A DNA stretch of 64,000 nucleotides from contig CM022670.1 in the NCBI GenBank assembly GCA_012295275.1, positions 19,778,001 to 19,842,000 on the forward strand, in the 5' to 3' direction. Shown here piece after piece: positions 1-12,413 of this stretch. The position numbers and the translations under genes were made by a program. The DNA is from Chrysomallon squamiferum. Lineage: Eukaryota > Animalia > Mollusca. Within the stretch, counting starts at the first letter, position 1; every line of letters begins with the position of its first letter. The notes beneath the pieces are model-generated. The model did no database searches. It worked only from the letters and a program-made list of their open reading frames with translations, and was not told the DNA's origin.

Positions 1-97
1 ATGTATGTGTGTGTGTGTGTGTGTGTGTATGTACATACATACACATTTACTCACAGACACACACTCACATTCATACATATATTTTTCTTTTCTTCAG

Positions 98-3000
98 GGG
101 GTGAAGATTCTTTGTCTTTTGTTATTAGTTGTCTCAGTCTTCTTGGTATGCTGGCTCTGATTACATACACAGTAAGTAATAACTGGCCAAGTTACTTTCT
201 GTGTTTTTCGTCTTGTATAAAACATAAGTATCATTAAGAAAATGGTGATATATTTAAAAAAACAAAATATCGGATAAAATGTATTTTAAAAATATTTAAA
301 ATTTCAAAGCAAATTCTGGTTGCTATATTAGAATGATTTCTGTATTGACAAACAAAATAACAGTATGCCTGTTTAGACTACATGATGACATATTTAAAAA
401 ATTAGAAGAAGAATAATCTCAACATTGTTCTCTATATAATTATTATAATTTGACACTTATATAAATACATTTTCTGTCACATAATCCCAAGAAAATGTGA
501 CTTTTATTTATTTTTTAAATGTTTTTATCAAGGCTTATGGGATGTCAGCTCTTCCTATTGGGCTGATAAAGGGCTACAGAGGTGTGAAGGAGGAAAGACT
601 GGTTGTTCAAAGCAAGAGAAAGGAAAATGAAGACAGAAGACAAGCACTAAGAGAAAAGGTAAAGATAATATTTTATTTTTTTAACAGAAGTGTCCAAGTG
701 ATTGAGATACATAGGATAGGACTAAAATATGGTGAAATTATATGTTGTTAAATTAAAAAAAAAGAAATAATAATAAATACCGTATATACTTGTGTACAAG
801 GCGGCCTTATGTATAAGTCGATGTCTATTTTAAGACCAAAAATTGTGTCATTTTAGGTATTACTTGTGTATAAGTCAACTGTAGATTCCAGGCACCGTCA
901 CTATTTTTAGACCAGTGTGACAGTGCCATGAAGGCCTACATTGTACGCCTACTGTAACATAACTTGCACGAGCTGTAACTTGCACGAACATACCATAATA
1001 ACGTAAATGCATGTATTACACGAGCTATAGCCTAAATGTATCATAAATAGTATCTCTTTAATGTAATAGGTCTAACATGGAGACCTAACTTACCGTTACA
1101 TTTAGCCGTTCTATGATTTACAAAATTTGTCGATAGTGGATATTAATGACGATTGCAATATTATTTCACCAAATTCTTTACAATTAAACAAGTGAGTTTT
1201 GTTTATGAAATTAGGACCGATATTTAGTGCAATTTGGCAGAGAAGTCTGCATTCCTAGATCATTGCAAGACGCGTACTGATGGTTTTCTCGCTTTAAAAT
1301 GTATTTTTATGTAATTAAATGGAAGAATATCATGTTTTACATTCATATTTGGTTTTGTTATTTAATTTTTCAAAAAAATTTATACGATAAAATTATATTT
1401 TTGAAAAGCTGAAAGACTGCGATTATTTTAGATGCATCCCATAGCAAAAAATAGTCAAAATGGCGACTCTTTAGCAACAGCTACAAAAGCATTACCTATG
1501 TATAAGTCAACCCCCAAAATATTACCTTAATATAGTCTCCCAAAAATTCGACTTATGCACAAGTATATACGGTAGTTTTTATAGTGGCATTTTTTTATGC
1601 ATACACATAGGTAACTCCATACCAGTATATAATGTCTGAAATGCTATGGGTTGAATTATATTTTATAGAAAAAATAAAAATGTACTTGTTCTTTAACAAT
1701 GGATAAATGGTTAAACTATTTAGCATTTTGTAAATGTAGTATGCTCACAGAAAAAGAATGTCATCACGTGAACAACAACAGTCATCAAACATTGAAGAGA
1801 GTGATCACTTGATGGAACGACAAGAGCGCCATCTGGAAAGGAAAGAAAGAAGCTGCCTACAGAAGTGTCTTCTAGTGTTACGTCCCTTTGAAATGCTCTT
1901 TGGCTTCCTGTTTCTTCTCCTTGCTTTGCTGGTTTTCATATCATTGCTGCTCACAAAGTAAGTTAATGTGGAAATGAATGTTTCATTGGCTTCAGATAGT
2001 TTGTAAAATTGGTCAGGTAGAGAATCCACTTAATCAAGATCAATACTCTTTGAACTAAGTTATAATGATATGGAAATGAAAGATTCTTAGCTTTAGTTTT
2101 TTTTTTTAATACTTTAAAAAGATTTTCTTTAGAATATGTTTATTTAGCTGTATTTCTAATTCAGTAATTTGAGGAGAGGGCTCTAACTTTGTCTGACATG
2201 GATCACGTTGACAAACACTGTTCCCAAAACATATTTCCTCTCTTTGATAAAGACAAGACTAGTTTTATATTAATGAATTTTTCTATTTCACAAACATTTT
2301 TGCTTTCTGTTTTTTCAGTATTGACAAGGCTATGCACAGTCTGGGTTACAAACTGGGATATGCTCTGCCACGTCGCCGTCTTCCGAATCCTATTGACATT
2401 GTTCTAGTCTTTTGTCAGCAGGCAAAAAAATTTCATTAATGCCTCTCTATGTATTATTCCTTCTTGTAAATGATGTCTTTAAGTGTATTATGGTTTTTAG
2501 CATTTCCTGTTCCAATCAATTCTACCTAAATAATTTAACAAAGTCTGTAATATAAACTCTTCTAAAAGATACCTTGGTGCTAAAAGATAAAGATAGCCCT
2601 TTTAATACATGTCATCAATACAAATCAAACAATTGAAAGTAATTTTAATTTGATGATATTAATAGAAACAGATTTTGGAGTGTGTATTTGTTTTGGGACT
2701 CGTTACATGATCAGTCCATCTCATTGCACCACTTGAACCATTTTCTTCTTGTTGATATTGTTATTGTTACCAATGCCATCAGTATTATCCCTTCTCCACA
2801 AGCGCTGACAGCTTGCTTATCAATGGCCATGGTCTACACTTTCCTAATTGTGGGAAGGTGGAGATTCCTTGTTGCTAATCTTTGTCTATATATCCTTAAT
2901 GATACACATATGATAAAACAGTAGAATAAAAATGTATTGTTTGCATCATTAGATAACTTCATTTAGCCTTCCATCAATATTATAATCATTATTAATGTGT

Positions 3001-3691
3001 CATTATCGTCATCATGTTTTTATTATTAACTTTAGTAGTATTAGTAATCATACATGTTACAGAAAATAAAATATATATGATATTTTGTTTTCTTTAGGTT
3101 TTCCCACTGGACTATATCTTGATGGTTGGAGTGATTTCCTATTTCATCCTATGTTCTATGTCTGGTATCAGAAACATTGGAATCTGGTTTCTCTGGATTA
3201 GGGTAGGTCTACATAAGCAGTTTTTTCATGAAATCTCTGTAGAAGTCTAGTGGTACTAGCTTGTTTGGATGTGAAAGAAAGTGGTTAGACTTGGCATGCA
3301 TAGTTTATTACTAGGAATATTTATTATGCAGCAATAAAATAACCCACACCAATGTTACATTAATAAAGAATAGACATGTATTTATTGGGGTATTTTTTTT
3401 TTAAATCATATATCGTTAGCATATAAAGATGTCTTTAGTGTCTTATATATTTACATTTGTTTGTGTACATATATTGTTTATTTGTTTTCATTTATATTTA
3501 TTTTATTTTATACAATTTCATTTTAATTCAGATGTACAGAATTCGACCTCGTCACACACGACCCCAGGGTTTGCTGATGTTGTGTATGATTATGATGTTT
3601 ATAGTTTTGGCTATCAACATTGTTGTGTATGAGCTCACTCCACAGTATTCAAGTTTTGGTAGTCAAGTTTATATTGTAAGTAATTTAAAAA

Positions 3692-3722
<31 letters not shown>

Positions 3723-4435
3723 AATAATAATTTATTTCTTTATTTTTTTTATTAATTAATTTAATTTATTTTATTTTATTTTAAATTTAAATTACTTATT
3801 TCATATGTTTTATTTTACTCTTTTCACTGCTGATGAATGCCATTTTACCTTGTTGGGTATGATTACACATTTTGCTAATTATACTGTTACTTGGAATGTT
3901 AACTCCTATAAACCCTATATTTTTTACACTGAAATGAGCAATAAAATCTTTTTCAGGCAAACTATACAAACCATGTAACTAATACAACATACCTGAAGAG
4001 AGAACCATGTTCAACTGAAGTCAAAGGTTAATTTCTTTTTTCAGTATTTAAAACCATGATAACATTATCTCTTCTTTTAAATAATAGTTGCTTTGTTGAA
4101 GAAAAAAGAAATAAATTTATATTAAATTATTAAAATAGTGTTTGTGATACATTTATGCATTTTCATTTTTACAGAGAACTGTGTCATAACTCGAATGGCA
4201 CTATTACTTACAAGATTCTTCTACAAGATGTGGTTCTTTGGTGCAGCCTATTATTGGCTGACATGGATTTTCCTTGGGGTATGTGTTTTTACTGTTTTTA
4301 CTGTTACCACTAATTGTTTTTGAAAATATATAGATTTTGGCAGAAAAATTAAAGAGAACTTTAAGCATCTTGACAGCAGTTTAGATTTGTATAAGTTCAT
4401 AATTTTTCAGGTATAACATATTAATGTCTTTGAAT

Positions 4436-4474
<39 letters not shown>

Positions 4475-4728
4475 GTCTGAAGTCTTTCAGTTCACGTATC
4501 TACAAATATACTTGATACTTAGATGTACATTTCAATAGATGTCAAAGGAGGAAGAGATTAATATATTCTTTTTTGTCTCTCCTAAGTACTCTGTTTTGTT
4601 CCTGTGTGTTGCAGATATATCTAATTGGATTTATTGTGGCAGTGGTTAAACGTAAGAAGTCTGTTATTGATGGTGAAGTGGATTCTGACGACTTTGATGA
4701 AAGTGATGAAGACTTGATTCGAGCCTAA
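98..4728 (+). CDS. LMBRD1: Lysosomal cobalamin transport escort protein LMBD1, 5'-partial (last 9 coding exons, ~352 aa in window)
   Basis: Exons 98-171, 533-658, 1740-1957, 2319-2421, 3098-3202, 3532-3675, 3957-4026, 4175-4278, 4615-4728 (TAA) join in frame. All acceptors are AG; donors are GT except one GC. Translation includes GMLALITYT-AYGMSALPIGLIKG, NIDKAMHSLG, VFPLDYIL..GIRNIGIWFLWIR-MYRIRPRHTRPQGLL and WFFGAAYYW, matching LMBRD1 as recalled. Upstream exons lie outside the window. Confidence 0.95.
780..1572. mobile_element. Non-autonomous Tc1/mariner-pogo-type DNA transposon (MITE) in an LMBRD1 intron
   Basis: Perfect 15-bp terminal inverted repeats CCGTATATACTTGTG (780-794, reverse complement 1558-1572), extending to 24 bp with 3 mismatches. 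TA on both flanks (778-779, 1573-1574). Subterminal GTATAAGTC repeats near 811, 868 and 1500. No transposase ORF. Confidence 0.85.
2422..3097 (+). other. GC-AG intron in LMBRD1
   Basis: The exon ends FCQQ at CAG|GCAAAA and read-through reaches TAA after 5 codons. The next exon starts in phase 0 with VFPLDY. Only the GC donor keeps the recalled homologous spacing. Confidence 0.75.
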
Positions 4729-7700
4729 ATTTAGAAATATGACAAATCAACTGAACATTTATTTTATTTAAATCTGTGAGATTAAACTTTTTGATGTTAA
4801 ATTTAAACAACTTTTTCAACAGAGATGCTTGTGAAAACCATTGGATTAAATTTGAGAAACAGTTGTTTTTCTCAAGAATGCTTTGCTTTTTGGTAACAGA
4901 TCATTTCCTCTTTGTTCTTTTCATGCACTGTACATTCATTTGGCATTTTTCTTCTCTTCTTTTCACATTGACTTTGACTTTTCAAAATAATTAAGTCTTG
5001 ACTGTTATCAGTGCTAACTTGATTCTTCTTTTTCTTATCTTTTGCCTTTCCTCTTTTCTGATTCTTTTCTTCATCATGGTTTTAGTTCCCTTCATGATTT
5101 ATGTATCTTTTATAAAACTGTGTCTTATCAAAGTGTCACTTACTTTTTTCTTTTCTTTTTATCTTTCTTTTCTTCCATCCTTAACATACACCATCTGAAA
5201 AATATTATTTTCATTTCATTGTCCATTTTCTCTTGTTTTATTTATATTTTTTAATTTTTTATAAGGATTTATTTTTAGGTGCAGTCACTTTTTCTCTTAA
5301 TTTTGGTTCTGAAATTAACATGTGTAGAAAGAAATTCTGATAATGTTGGAATTATTTGAAGGATATTTTTCATGATTTGAATTTCACATTAGCATAATGT
5401 TTCAAGTTACACTGTTATAAATAACAAGACAGTTTAAAAATATACATTTATCTTTTAATCAATACTTTATTTCTTTTTTCTTTAATTATATTATTACATT
5501 ATCTATTTATTATTTTATAAGAAATATGTGGGTATGTGTTTCCCAAAGATTAATGTTTTTAGGGTTTTCATCATCTTTTTTCTCATTTTTAAATAGTATT
5601 CCCATTGGTTAAAATAAACCATTAAATTAAAAAGAAGTCAAACATTATAAAGCTGTGATATCTATAATGTGTCCTTTTTTAAATATCAATTTTAAGGAAA
5701 AAGCAAAAATCATAAAATAGCTTAAACCTCTCATTACATAAAATTTTACCTCAGAAAGTAATTTCAGAGTATCATCATTGTGGAGAAAGTGATTTCAAGA
5801 TGGTATATGTTTTATTATAAATAAAAAATGTATATTAATTAAAATATACCATATAATATATTAAAAATAATTATTATAATAAAAAAAAAAAAGAAGATTT
5901 ATTCTAAGTGCAATCTTCCTGAGATCGGTATATGCAACCAGTTTTTCATACTGAATTATTTTGATGTTTGATTTCCTAAAATAATTTATATGTCACAGGT
6001 TATTTTTTGTTTCTGAAAGAGCTGATAAAGGGCCAGGAATACACATTTAAAGTATGTAAATATTTTTAGGGTCTTTTTAATTTTTTTTTTCTTTTTTTTT
6101 TTTTTTGTCATCAGTATAATAAAAGAGAGATACTTGTATATATTTAAATATGTTCTTATTTTGGTTAACTAAAAAAAACTGTTTCTCCTTCAAATATTTG
6201 TAATTCTGTGGTACAACTTTTTTTTTTTCACATTTATATTCTTTGCATTTCTTTTTTTTCTTTTTGTATTTATGTTTTTGTATGTACAGTTTGATATAGA
6301 TAATGTAATCTCATAGGTGTATTGTTTAAAATTAATATATGATTTGAAACTTTAATGGATGCAAGTTTTTTATTGGTTGATAGAAATGCATCCATACAAA
6401 TATACATGGATTCTTTGGGATGAATTCATTATTATTAAAAAGACAAAATGTAATTAAATTTTCACTCACAGAAGAAATCTTATTTATTGTTTTGCATTCA
6501 TTTTCTTCAAATTGGTGAAATGTAATAAATGGTTATTAAAATATTTTATTTTAATTGTTTATTTTTTTTAATTAAAATGTGAAAAAACAAGTTATATATT
6601 TTAAACATACTACAGATATATTTATCTAACATTAAGCAATATGCATATATGTGTATACATGTGTGAATATATGTGCATTTTCGAGACATTTGTGTTTGTT
6701 ACCTATGAACTAGTAAATATGTTCTTGTGCACTTACAACTGTGTATCTATGGATGGATCAAAAAGCTCTGATTCATAATCTATTTAATTAGTGGTTAGCA
6801 ATATATAAAATTGCTAACAAAAAACATTTCTTGCCTAAAGTTATTTTTTTTTGTTACTTGTTAAAAAAAATTATTGTTGTCTCATCATTAAATCAAATGA
6901 CAACATTATACACCAGTGAAGAATGTTCTAACAATATTGTTTTTTTTTTCTACATTTTTCTCATACTATGATTAACATTTGCCTTTATTGATCACTAGTT
7001 ATTTCTTTCCTCGGCAACACACTGTTGAGATGGAATGCTTGTACATGTTTCTTCATTACCAACACATAAGTGGAACTTTCAATAGATTGGAAAACTTAGA
7101 ACAAATGAAAGTTTATCACAAAATATCAAGAGAACATTTAAAACAGCAATGGGTTATTTAAAGATATTTATTAATTTTTGTAAGTTGTTCACATCACATT
7201 AAGACAAATAATTATTTAATTAAACAAATTTTATACATTTTTTTTAGATGTGATTTATCTCTATTTTTAATTAAGTTTTAATTTTTTTATTATATTTCTC
7301 TGTAATCTTTAAAAATACAAGGTATATATATTTTTATTTATTTAAAACAATGTGAATTATAGACATGAACATACAAGAACTTTAATTAGTAACAAATATT
7401 ATTATTCATAAAAAATACACAAAGATACCAAGTATATTTTCTAATAATTATTAAACTAAATATTTAAAAATAAATAAATCAATTAATAAATAAATAAAAT
7501 ACAAGATTAATAATTTTCACATAATTTATAATGAAGATGTTATGATTGAATTCATTTGTAATGTTAAAAAAAAAAATAATAAACATTTAAACAAAAATAA
7601 ATAAAATAATCTGTTACATTAGTAAATCAAATTTTATTATTATTATTATTACATATATGTAATTTTTTCTTAATTATAAGCAAAGTTTATGCCCAGCTAT

Positions 7701-7976
7701 TGATAAACTGTGTCAGTTTAAATTTCATAGAGAAACACATGGTGTTATTATTTTTGGAATTAAAAACCATGCTAATTTATTTTTTGAAGAATTAATAATT
7801 GATATGCCTAATGCATGTAAAAATATCTTACTCTAAGTAAATAAATTAAAATTTATTTTATAAAAATTGTTATAGAATAAAAGCAGTTTAAATAATTTCT
7901 GTGTTTCACCAGTACATCAATTTTTCCCTGACACAGTTTCTAACAATATTCTTGGACTGTTGTGAAAAATCAAACA

Positions 7977-10900
7977 TTAAAAAAATAAACCAATCACTGA
8001 GGCAGTAAGAATCAGAGAAAGTGTTCCAGCGATGCTTTGGCTACAACCTGCAAATAAAAATAATAATATATATACATATTAAGATAAAGAAAGAAAATAA
8101 ATACAACAAATTAATGAAATATGTGGTGTGTAGAAGAACTTTCTAGTCAATGTTACAAACTGTGTCAGACCGTCCTTCCATTTCTCCAGCAGTAGCTGTA
8201 TACTTAATGCAGTGTTATTTATCATCTTGACATGGCCAGAATTGTACAAAACTGCCTGTGAACCAACAGCATTAATGTTCCTGTAGTCTGTATGACTATC
8301 AGGCGTGACTCTCGGCATGTTACAAGTTTCAAACATTAAAATAACACCAAAATATCTTTTAGCATTGAAGGAAGTAATGAATTTTTATTTGAATTAAACA
8401 GTCTCGTATTTTTCTTAAATCTTTGGAGAAACTGTGATTTGTTTCAGACTTTTAACAACATAAATATTGAATATCTCATATAGTTTCAAACCAGTATAAA
8501 TTAATGTGTATATCAAAATTAAGCTTTTTGTGGATGTTCTAACAGATGTTGATAACATTTCATGAATATTAGTTAATTGCACTAATTAGGACAAATGTGA
8601 ACAATAAACAAAACATTCATCCAATCAGATTATTAGTATGAGATTATGTGCCTTCAGATATCACTGAGGTCAGCTGATCTTGTCAAATCTTCACAGTGTG
8701 AACACCTGTGGGATGCCATGGGTCATGCCTACAGCCATACCCTCTAGCCAACTGGCTGTCGTCCTCCAAAGAGTACTGCTATGAACTGACTTTGTCAATC
8801 TCTATCTTTGTTAATTTTAAACAAAACTAAAATACATTTATTTAACTTCCATTATCATTATATTTTCATAACAACTGGGTTTTTTCTTTCTATCTTTTAA
8901 AATCATTCATATGAAGTATTGTACATTTTAACCCAAGTCAACATGTTAGTAATCATTTAATTAACCTACCAAAAGCAGTTGTAATAGTATATTCCATTGC
9001 ACGATCCCAGCCTGTGTATTCAGCTTGACAACGGAATTTAGACCCCTTGTCACTTGGTATCAGAGGAACGGTGATAGTTGAATAAGCATCTTGATAACCT
9101 GACATACATTAACAAAATATTTACCAACAATGTGTATGTGCAGATAAAGGAACACTTATACATAAATACAACAGATAAAATAATTATCTTTTATTTGTTT
9201 GTTGTGTTTTTTAATAATTGTTTTAGTTTTAATTTAATTTAATTTATTTTTGTATTTATTATTATTATATATATATTTTTTAATAACAAGAATAAGAATA
9301 ATGAATTAATAATAGATTGTATAACTTCGCCATTTCAGAAAAATTTATAAAAATAGGTTTTCCATTTAAAGATTAAATATGCATGCACACATGCAAATTG
9401 TATACCTGATCCTCGATTTTGAACTAAATAATACTGTCGCAAGTTCTGTTGTTTTTCATTTTTAAACCATAGAAATGTTGGAGCTGGTCGGGCTCTTTCA
9501 GCAAAACATGTCAAATTGGCTGAACCTCCTGGATATGGAGTTGTGCTCCAATAAATAGTCAAATTCAAAGGCAGCTCTGAAATGAATGCTTTATAAATTA
9601 TCCATACAGCTAATAAACCTAAACCTTCTGAATATTTAACAAAAATAAAAAATCTCTATCCAAACTTTTTCCAATTAGATCGCCATAGATTATCCATTGA
9701 ACATCTTTTCATCATTCTTAGTAGAAGAAACCTATAGATTATTCTTTCTTTCTTTGGAGTTTTATAAATTTATGCAAAAGTTTTTTTCATTCAAATGGAA
9801 TATGTTGAGAAATTTTTTTCATTAAATTCAAAATTGGTAGAGCAATTACTTATTTATATTTGAAATTGCCAGCAACCTTTTTAATAGCCTTAACCTTAAA
9901 AAGGTTAATAAAAATATTGAATCTATTGATACATATACACCCTACCATAAACAGTAGTAAAAGCACATGAATAGACTAATTCAATTTTTTTGTAAGTCTT
10001 CGGGATGAATGCCATTTAATAAAGTTGAATATCTTACCTACAACAGTAAGATACATCTGTTTGGTTATTGTTTTAGATCCAGATATTTCACAGACATAGG
10101 TTCCTTCATCTGATGTAACCACGTCAGTGATTGTCAAATTGTATTTTCCTGTTGTTTGATATCGGTCGTCAGATATTGATACACTGTCTTTTGTGAGAAC
10201 AGTCTCCATTTTTCCCATCTGGCAAATTATTAGTTTTAATTTATTATTATAAAAATTTTGATTTTATTTATTTATTGTCTTTTTTCTTGTTTGTTTTTTG
10301 TTTTTTATGCATTTATTTTATTTAAATAAACTTTACTTTACTTCATTTCATTTGATTTTATTTAACATTATTTTATTTTATTCCATTTTATATAAATCAC
10401 AATATTAAAGTGATTTGTTAGTTAGTTTTTTTTTTTTTAAAGGAGTAATTAAAGAATAAAATTTATAATAGGATGCATGTATATATTAAAGTATGATTGT
10501 CAAAGTATGTACATATGTTTCAAAGCCTTGAGAAATAAATATGATTGCACATTAATAATAAAGATATTTACACGTTTCCATTTTACATGGTCAGTATTTT
10601 GTGCTAGGCCGCTCACTATGCAAGCCATAGTCGCATTCTGCCCTACTGCTGATGTTGTATTGAAGGGAGCAATGTCAAAAGCTACTTCGCCAACAGCGCC
10701 TGTAGAAGTAATGTAAATGTCTGAATATTTGTTAATTCAGGACCAAAATATCCCTGTGATTCAATTTCTTTTGAACAGCATAAAAAATTATTTTAAGAGA
10801 GCAGTATTGTTATCATTTATTTTTCTTATCCTTTCTTTCTTATTTAAACTTTTATAATACTAAATTAAATTATTGTCATGACTATTAGTTTTAAGTTAAC

Positions 10901-11196
10901 TGTTTTGTTTCTGTCAATAAATAAAATAATAAAACATTTATAAAAATAAAAAAGTACTTCAAGAGTTCAATTAATTTTAAATGTTATATACATAATTTAA
11001 ATATTATATTTCTTTGAACTTTTATATATAGTCATTTTCTGTATTTACAAAATTCTAAATAGTTCAGAATGTTTCATGGTTTTCATTACCAAGATCAAAC
11101 TAAAAGATTGCTGTTTTAACTCTAATATTTAATAACTAGAAATATGTACTTACCCTGAACTGCAACAACGTACAAAACAAAACCAGCCAAAATCAT
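7977..11196 (-). CDS. Two-Ig-domain cell-surface protein with signal peptide and predicted GPI-anchor signal (Kirre/Neph D1-D2-like), 240 aa
   Basis: Exons 11196-11154, 10699-10572, 10218-10038, 9576-9406, 9098-8970, 8047-7977 (TAA); all GT-AG, 723 nt. Signal peptide MILAGFVLYVVAVQG; Ig1 ATMAC..VKW..YNLTITDVVTSDEGTYVC; Ig2 ANLTCFAERARPAPTFLWF..DKGSKFRC; hydrophobic end GTLSLILTASVIGLFF with no cytoplasmic tail. Confidence 0.85.
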
Positions 11197-12413
11197 ACTT
11201 GATGAAAAATCGTTGTTTTGTAAGTAAGTTGTAGGTATTTTCTCTGTTTATCATTTTATAATGATCTTGTTATTTACTTAGAGATACCTATTTCCATAGA
11301 CAACACATTATTCAAACATGAGTAATAAAAATAAAGTTAAACAATCTAATTACATATACAAATTACCATGATTGATTGAAATATGGCCAATTGCCTTACA
11401 TTTCTGTCCTGAAAGCTGGATCTGAGATACATTATAACCTATATAGATAGCATAAATGATTTTTTAATTTTCAAACAGAAAAGCATAGTTACCCAGATGC
11501 AGCAGTCTTTATAGTTGGGTGTTTATTCCATTTGGTATGGAGGAAAATGTGCAGGTGTGTCAGTTCATGCTTGCATATATATAATATATAGGTATGTTCT
11601 ATGTGTTATATACATCCAGTCATTTATTGGTATGCTTTATTTGAATTGTTAACCGCTCCTCAGTAAGAACACCTGATAAATTTCAAGAGCTTGCTAATTA
11701 TCTGTGTGGCTGACACGAGCATACACTATCTGATTAACCTATATATTAAAAATAAAAATTATAGAATAAAATGAAATGTTTGTCTCTTCTTTTCTGAAGT
11801 TGTTGAAATTGATTTATCATATTTCAAAATCACATTAATCAAATGACATTTATGTATGATAAATGACCAGACTGTAGATATGCTTGCAGTATTTAAATGA
11901 ACATTATGTGCTGATAACAGAATGTACAAAAATTGCATAAATACGTGTTAACATCATTTTTGTCTGTGCTCTAAGTACACTGAGACAATATCATAAAATA
12001 CATACACAAGGTAAATGTACGTATGTCAGCAAACCGGTCTAATTAAACCATGGGTACTTGTTATAAATTATTTACCTCTAATTTAAGGTACATAGTCAGT
12101 CAAAAACAATAACATTCCCCAAAAAGTTCTAATTTAGGTTAAAGAAATGTCAGTATATTTCCCTTTACAAAAAACAAAAACAAAACGAAAGCAAGTCAGA
12201 GAATTTATTTGTTAGAACTACCATCAACGTTAAATTTTAAAGATATCAAAATTATTTTCCTTCTATGCCATATCACTTATTATTAAAGTCATATACTCAA
12301 AAAAGATAAGTTCTTAAAACAGATCTTTACACTTCTGGTGTTGATAGTTACCTATACAGTTTCTGTTTTGATGTTAGACACTGGTAATAATAATTTTAAA
12401 AAATCATTTGAAA

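Noticed and set aside
8140-8790. Complex sequence in the last intron of the Ig gene, including ORF 8079-8336
   Set aside because: It may be a DNA-transposon remnant, but I could not define terminal repeats or a target duplication, and the ORF is unrecognisable.
9398-9405. GTATAC donor in the Ig gene as a second U12 intron
   Set aside because: It reads GTATACAA rather than GTATCCT, and there is no U12 branch site near the acceptor.
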